Under the pieces are notes generated by a model, which ran no database searches, was not told where the DNA came from, and saw only the letters and a program-made list of their open reading frames with translations. Positions 59,973 to 64,000 of a stretch of DNA of 64,000 nt are shown piece after piece. Where the stretch lies: the NCBI GenBank assembly GCA_963799485.1, contig CAWCXJ010000006.1, forward strand, positions 384,001-448,000, given 5' to 3'. The translations under genes were made by a program, and so were the position numbers. This DNA is from an uncultured Trueperaceae bacterium. Its GTDB lineage: Bacteria > Deinococcota > Deinococci > Deinococcales > Trueperaceae. Numbering within the stretch: the first letter of the stretch is position 1; each line of letters starts with the position of its first letter.

Positions 59973-60263
59973 GTGCCTGATTCTTCAACAAAAGGTCACG
60001 CCGAAGTTACTCTTTACACTGTTCCCGGTTGCGCCGACTGCGCGGCTGTCAAACGCTACCTCGCACATAAAGGGGTAGCGTTTCAAGAAAAAGATGTCAG
60101 CACCAACCCAGCCTGGATTGACGAGATGAAAGAGGTTTCGGGGGTACGCATTGCCCCCGTTACCGTCGTCGGCGACCGCGCGTTTTACGGTACTTTCGAC
60201 AGGCAAAAAGAGGGGCTCGAGGAGGCCCTGGCGTCGGTTCAACAAGAAAGCCGGGCGTTGTGA
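59973..60263 (+). CDS. glutaredoxin/NrdH-like protein
   Basis: LYTVPGCADC, cis-Pro motif IAPVT; GGAGG RBS before GTG. Confidence 0.85.
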   Translation: MPDSSTKGHAEVTLYTVPGCADCAAVKRYLAHKGVAFQEKDVSTNPAWIDEMKEVSGVRIAPVTVVGDRAFYGTFDRQKEGLEEALASVQQESRAL

Positions 60264-60326
60264 CCACGTTTGGTCAGATGAAGCTAAATACCTCGGTTTG
60301 AATCTGGCTAATTTATCTGAACGGTA

Positions 60327-61235
60327 TTACCCGGCTCGAAAATAGCTGTTGACCGTTTCCACGAACGCCCCCGTCGCTTCCCTCGGCAACCAGTGCCCAC
60401 ACCGCCTGACGAGCTTAATTGCTGCGTTCGGCGCTGACTTGGCGGCCCGCCGCGCCCCCCGCACGGGCACGACCAGATCCCGCGTGCCGTGCAAAAAAAG
60501 CGTCGGTACCGTCAGCTCGGTGATGCGGCGGCTGTAGTCGGTCGCGTAGTGAAACATGCCCAACTCGCCGCGCAACCAGGCGACAAAGGCGGCTTCGCTA
60601 CCCTCCTCGGCGAGCGGTTCACGTACTTCGTCTAGCAGCTGCTCGGTCACGGCCCTGGCATTGCCGAAAATCACGTATTTGAGATACCACGGTAGCAGCC
60701 GCCGGTAGCGGCGCAAGGTGCGCCAGAAAAACCGTACCAGCCAGGGCATACGGAGGGCGAAGTAGGGCAAAAACGGAAACGTGACCCAGTGGTTGAGCGA
60801 GTACGCGCTAACCAGCATAAGTTTGTGGACACGCTTGGGATGCTCCAAACCTACCCCCAAGGCAATCGCGCCGCCTTTGGAAAAACCCACCAGATTGACC
60901 TTTTTCAGCCCCAACGCATCTAAAAACTTGACGACAAAACCTACATAATCGGCAGTCGTGTAGTACCTTTGCGGCGATCCGCTGAGGCCGTATCCCGGCA
61001 GGTCGGGCATAATCACGTCGAAGTGTTCAGCCAGCGGCCCGAACGCAGGGCCGTAGGTAAGGTCGCTCGAGCCCACCGTAAACCCGTGCAGCAGCAGCAG
61101 CGGCGCACCCTGACCACCTCTGACGTAATAGATGTCGGTACCGTCAATCGTTATCTGACGTTTAACCGGCTGACTGGTTTGTTGCGCTATTTTTGTCACT
61201 GCGGCTAGAGTTTCCCGGTCATGCTCAACACCCAA
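60327..61235 (-). CDS. alpha/beta-fold hydrolase
   Basis: LLHGF, DLPGYG.S, GFSKGG, GTRD, GHW. Confidence 0.9.
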   Translation of the reverse strand: MGVEHDRETLAAVTKIAQQTSQPVKRQITIDGTDIYYVRGGQGAPLLLLHGFTVGSSDLTYGPAFGPLAEHFDVIMPDLPGYGLSGSPQRYYTTADYVGFVVKFLDALGLKKVNLVGFSKGGAIALGVGLEHPKRVHKLMLVSAYSLNHWVTFPFLPYFALRMPWLVRFFWRTLRRYRRLLPWYLKYVIFGNARAVTEQLLDEVREPLAEEGSEAAFVAWLRGELGMFHYATDYSRRITELTVPTLFLHGTRDLVVPVRGARRAAKSAPNAAIKLVRRCGHWLPREATGAFVETVNSYFRAG

Positions 61236-62337
61236 AGAGCGTTTCAGCGATCAAAAAGTCCACCACGGCTTTCGGGTCTTGCGTGCGCTCCAAAACCTCC
61301 AACTGCCGGTCGGCGCTGGTCCCGCGCTCCAAAATCGTAAACACGTGTTCGACCTCGTGGCGGCTGCCGAGTTCGTCCAACACATCGTCGACGAATTCGA
61401 CAAGTTCTTCTAACAGTCCTTTTGCGGGAAGTTCCTCTTGCCGCCCGAAATCGATAAGTTTGCCGCTCGTCCCGTAACGCACTGCCCGCCACTTGTTCTC
61501 CTCGACCATGGCGAGCGGATAGTGCCGAAACGACACGTTATCGACGCGCATTTTGTAATGTTTTAAGACCAAAGCTTGGAACAGTGCCGCGCAGCAAATC
61601 GCGTCGTCCACGTTTGTGCAGAGGTCGCAAATCCGAAACTCAAGGGTCGGGTAACGGTGGTGCGGGCGGATGTCCCAGTAGATTTTTGAAGCGTCCGGGA
61701 TGCTGCCGGTTTGCACGAGTACGTCGATAAAGTGTTTGTACTCGCTGTACGAACCGAAGTCTATCGGTAAACCCGTACGCGGAAAGCGCTTGAAGAGGGC
61801 GCTCCGGTAGCTTTTGAGGCCGGTGTTGCGCCCTTCCCACATCGGTGACGACGACGAGAGCGCCAAGATGTGCGGCGTAAAGTAACGGAGCACGTTCATG
61901 CTGTCGATAACTTGTTCGGGGTCTTCGATAGCCACGTGCACGTGCATCCCGAAAATCAGCATCTGCCGCGCCAAGTCCTGCATGTCCTGGACGATGCCTG
62001 CGTAGCGTTCTTGCGGGGTAATTTGCTGTGTTTGCCAGCTCGAGAACGGATGTGTTCCCGCCGCCGCGATCCGCGCCCCTTGCCGTTTTGCGTAGGTAGA
62101 TACCCGGCAGCGCAAGTCAACGAGTTCTGTCCGCGCCTCTTGAATGGTCGCGCACGCTTTCGTCCCGACCTCGACCATGCTCTGATGCAGCTCGGGTTTA
62201 AGCTCTAGCGTCCGTAAAATACTGTGGTCGCCCTCTAAAAACTGCGTGATGTAGCTTTTGAGCTCGCGCGTTTCCGGGTCGATAATCTGATACTCTTCTT
62301 CGATACCAATGGTAAGTGAGGGGCGCTGGATGGCCAT
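61225..62337 (-). CDS. carboxylate-amine ligase (YbdK/GCS2 family)
   Basis: TIGIEEEYQ, GTHPF, FGMHVHV, YWDIRP, TLEFRICD, ENKWRA.RYG. Confidence 0.93.
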   Translation of the reverse strand: MAIQRPSLTIGIEEEYQIIDPETRELKSYITQFLEGDHSILRTLELKPELHQSMVEVGTKACATIQEARTELVDLRCRVSTYAKRQGARIAAAGTHPFSSWQTQQITPQERYAGIVQDMQDLARQMLIFGMHVHVAIEDPEQVIDSMNVLRYFTPHILALSSSSPMWEGRNTGLKSYRSALFKRFPRTGLPIDFGSYSEYKHFIDVLVQTGSIPDASKIYWDIRPHHRYPTLEFRICDLCTNVDDAICCAALFQALVLKHYKMRVDNVSFRHYPLAMVEENKWRAVRYGTSGKLIDFGRQEELPAKGLLEELVEFVDDVLDELGSRHEVEHVFTILERGTSADRQLEVLERTQDPKAVVDFLIAETLFGC

Positions 62338-62457
62338 CTTGGGCTCCGTTCGTCCTGCGGCTTAGCTTAGGCTCCACTATAAACGCTGGGGGACGTTACT
62401 GAGTCTCGAGAACGGCTCGAGCCCCGTAAAACCGCCACAACGTGCCATCATAGCCCC

Positions 62458-63054
62458 ATGAACCCCGTCCCCCTAGACCAACTCAAGTGGTACAACTCGC
62501 CCCCAAGCACCGCCGTAAAAGACGGCAGCCTTACCGTAACGACCGGCGACCAGACCGACTTTTGGCGTGAAACGTTTTACGGCTTTGTGCGTGACGACGG
62601 ACATTTCGGCTTTACCGAGGTGTCGGGCGACTTTAGCGCGGGAGTTTCGTTTGCGGGAGACTACACCGAGCTCTACGACCAGGCCGGGATGATGATTCGC
62701 TTGGACGCCGCAACCTGGCTTAAAGCGGGCGTCGAGTACACGGACGGACAGCATCTGAGCGTGGTCGTTACGCGGGGTGTGTCGGACTGGTCGGTACTGC
62801 CCCTCACAGGATTTATGCCCGTACCACCCGCTGAAATCAAGTTGCGGCTGACACGTTTGGGCGGCGCGGTACTGGTACAGGCGTCGCTAGACGGCGGGGC
62901 AAGCTACACCATGCTGCGCCTCGCCGCACTGACCGACGCCGCGCAGGTGCAGGTCGGGGTGATGTGTTGTTCGCCGAAACGCTCAGGCTTTCGGGCGACG
63001 TTTCGGGGGCTCGAGCTCGGTGCGCCGGTCGTCACCGAGCTGCACGCCTCATGA
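62458..63054 (+). CDS. DUF1349-domain protein
   Basis: TDFWRET.YGF, LYDQAG, WLKAGVE, SDWS, GVMCCSP. Confidence 0.9.
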   Translation: MNPVPLDQLKWYNSPPSTAVKDGSLTVTTGDQTDFWRETFYGFVRDDGHFGFTEVSGDFSAGVSFAGDYTELYDQAGMMIRLDAATWLKAGVEYTDGQHLSVVVTRGVSDWSVLPLTGFMPVPPAEIKLRLTRLGGAVLVQASLDGGASYTMLRLAALTDAAQVQVGVMCCSPKRSGFRATFRGLELGAPVVTELHAS

Positions 63055-63106
63055 AGCTCGTCTCCCAACCCCGCTGAGACCACGCGGCACACCGTAGACT
63101 GTAGGG

Positions 63107-64000
63107 ATGGAAGGTCTTCTTATCGCCGAACAGCTCCGGCGCGTCACTCCACTGTTGCCGAGCACTCGTCTGAGCTGGCGGTTTCCCGACCCCTACACCT
63201 TTGTCCTGCCACTCAAAAAAGGCGGCTTGTGGTTTTACAACCGCCCGCCGAACGCGCAATTCTCGTACCGTGACAAGGTGCCGAGTTTTGGCCGGACGTA
63301 TACCGGGTTTCAGGATTTACTGGTGGCAAGGGCCGCCGGCGATCTGCTTCAGGCCGAGCAGGTCAAGCTCGACCGGGTTTTACGGCTGAGCTTTGCGCCC
63401 GGTCAAGGCTTCGTCGAAACCCCCGGCGTCGTATTGGTCGCTGAGCTGACCGGGCGTAACTGCAACCTGATTCTGCTTGACACGGACGGGATGATTTTGG
63501 GTGCTGCAAGAGAAGTGGCGAGCAGCATCAACCGTTTCCGGGAGGTGCGGGCCGGACTGCGCTACACCCCGCCGCCGCCTTACGAAAAACGCGACCCGCG
63601 CACGCTCTCTGCAGCCCAACTGACCGAACTTTTGACGGGCCGTAAACTCGCGGAATTACGCGATTTGCTTGACGGCCTCGGACCACAGCTGACGGCTGCT
63701 GCCGCGCAACTCGCCCAAGTGCCGCGTAACGCTGTGCTGGACGAAGAGAACGCCGTAAAAGCCGCCGCCGCCGTAAAACGTATCGGCGACGCGCCGAGCG
63801 CCGTTCTAGACGAAATCGGCGGGCGCGCCGACCTGAGCGCTTTGCGCGCAGCCGAAGCGCAAGAGGCGAGGATTCAGCGTTTACGGAGCGCATTGGGGAA
63901 ACGCCACGCCCTCGCCCAAAAACGTCTCGACGACCTCTCGAGAACGCTCGAGTCGGCTTTGGAGGCCGACACCTTACGCGCCGACGCCGACCTCTTGATG
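63107..64000 (+). CDS. NFACT/Rqc2 (RqcH/FbpA-like) protein, truncated at window edge
   Basis: manual translation MEGLLIAEQL...LDRVL...ELTGRNCNLILLD...NRFREVRAGLRYTPPP; open to the end of the window. Confidence 0.88.
   Translation, partial: MEGLLIAEQLRRVTPLLPSTRLSWRFPDPYTFVLPLKKGGLWFYNRPPNAQFSYRDKVPSFGRTYTGFQDLLVARAAGDLLQAEQVKLDRVLRLSFAPGQGFVETPGVVLVAELTGRNCNLILLDTDGMILGAAREVASSINRFREVRAGLRYTPPPPYEKRDPRTLSAAQLTELLTGRKLAELRDLLDGLGPQLTAAAAQLAQVPRNAVLDEENAVKAAAAVKRIGDAPSAVLDEIGGRADLSALRAAEAQEARIQRLRSALGKRHALAQKRLDDLSRTLESALEADTLRADADLLM

Overview
GC-rich bacterial DNA, most likely Deinococcota (Truepera-like). This is inferred from a GlnRS carrying a C-terminal YqeY domain, many leaderless genes, frequent CTCGAG and the dcw layout. 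1-34 kb is mostly housekeeping: coaE, tkt, groESL with CIRCE, glnS, ribF and a dcw cluster mraZ-ftsZ that lacks murE. About 34.3-60.3 kb is an accessory copper/membrane-bioenergetics island. It holds copA, copZ, csoR, a Csp-type Cu storage protein, an OmpR/kinase pair, DUF4396/SHOCT/SPW proteins, one intact and one decayed sorbosone-dehydrogenase-like gene, and a cyanobacterial-type halorhodopsin (TSV motif). Two modules in the island look undescribed. (1) A two-gene unit behind copZ-csoR: the first product resembles a PmoC-PmoA (AmoC-AmoA) fusion with both CuC- and CuD-like ligand sets, and the second resembles a minimal PmoB-like partner. (2) A membrane-arm-only complex I operon (nuoA-H-J-K-L-M-N) whose NuoA/NuoH have lost the quinone and peripheral-arm interface and whose NuoJ carries a ~100-aa His/Met-rich insert. 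All homology calls were made by eye against remembered family motifs; no searches were run.
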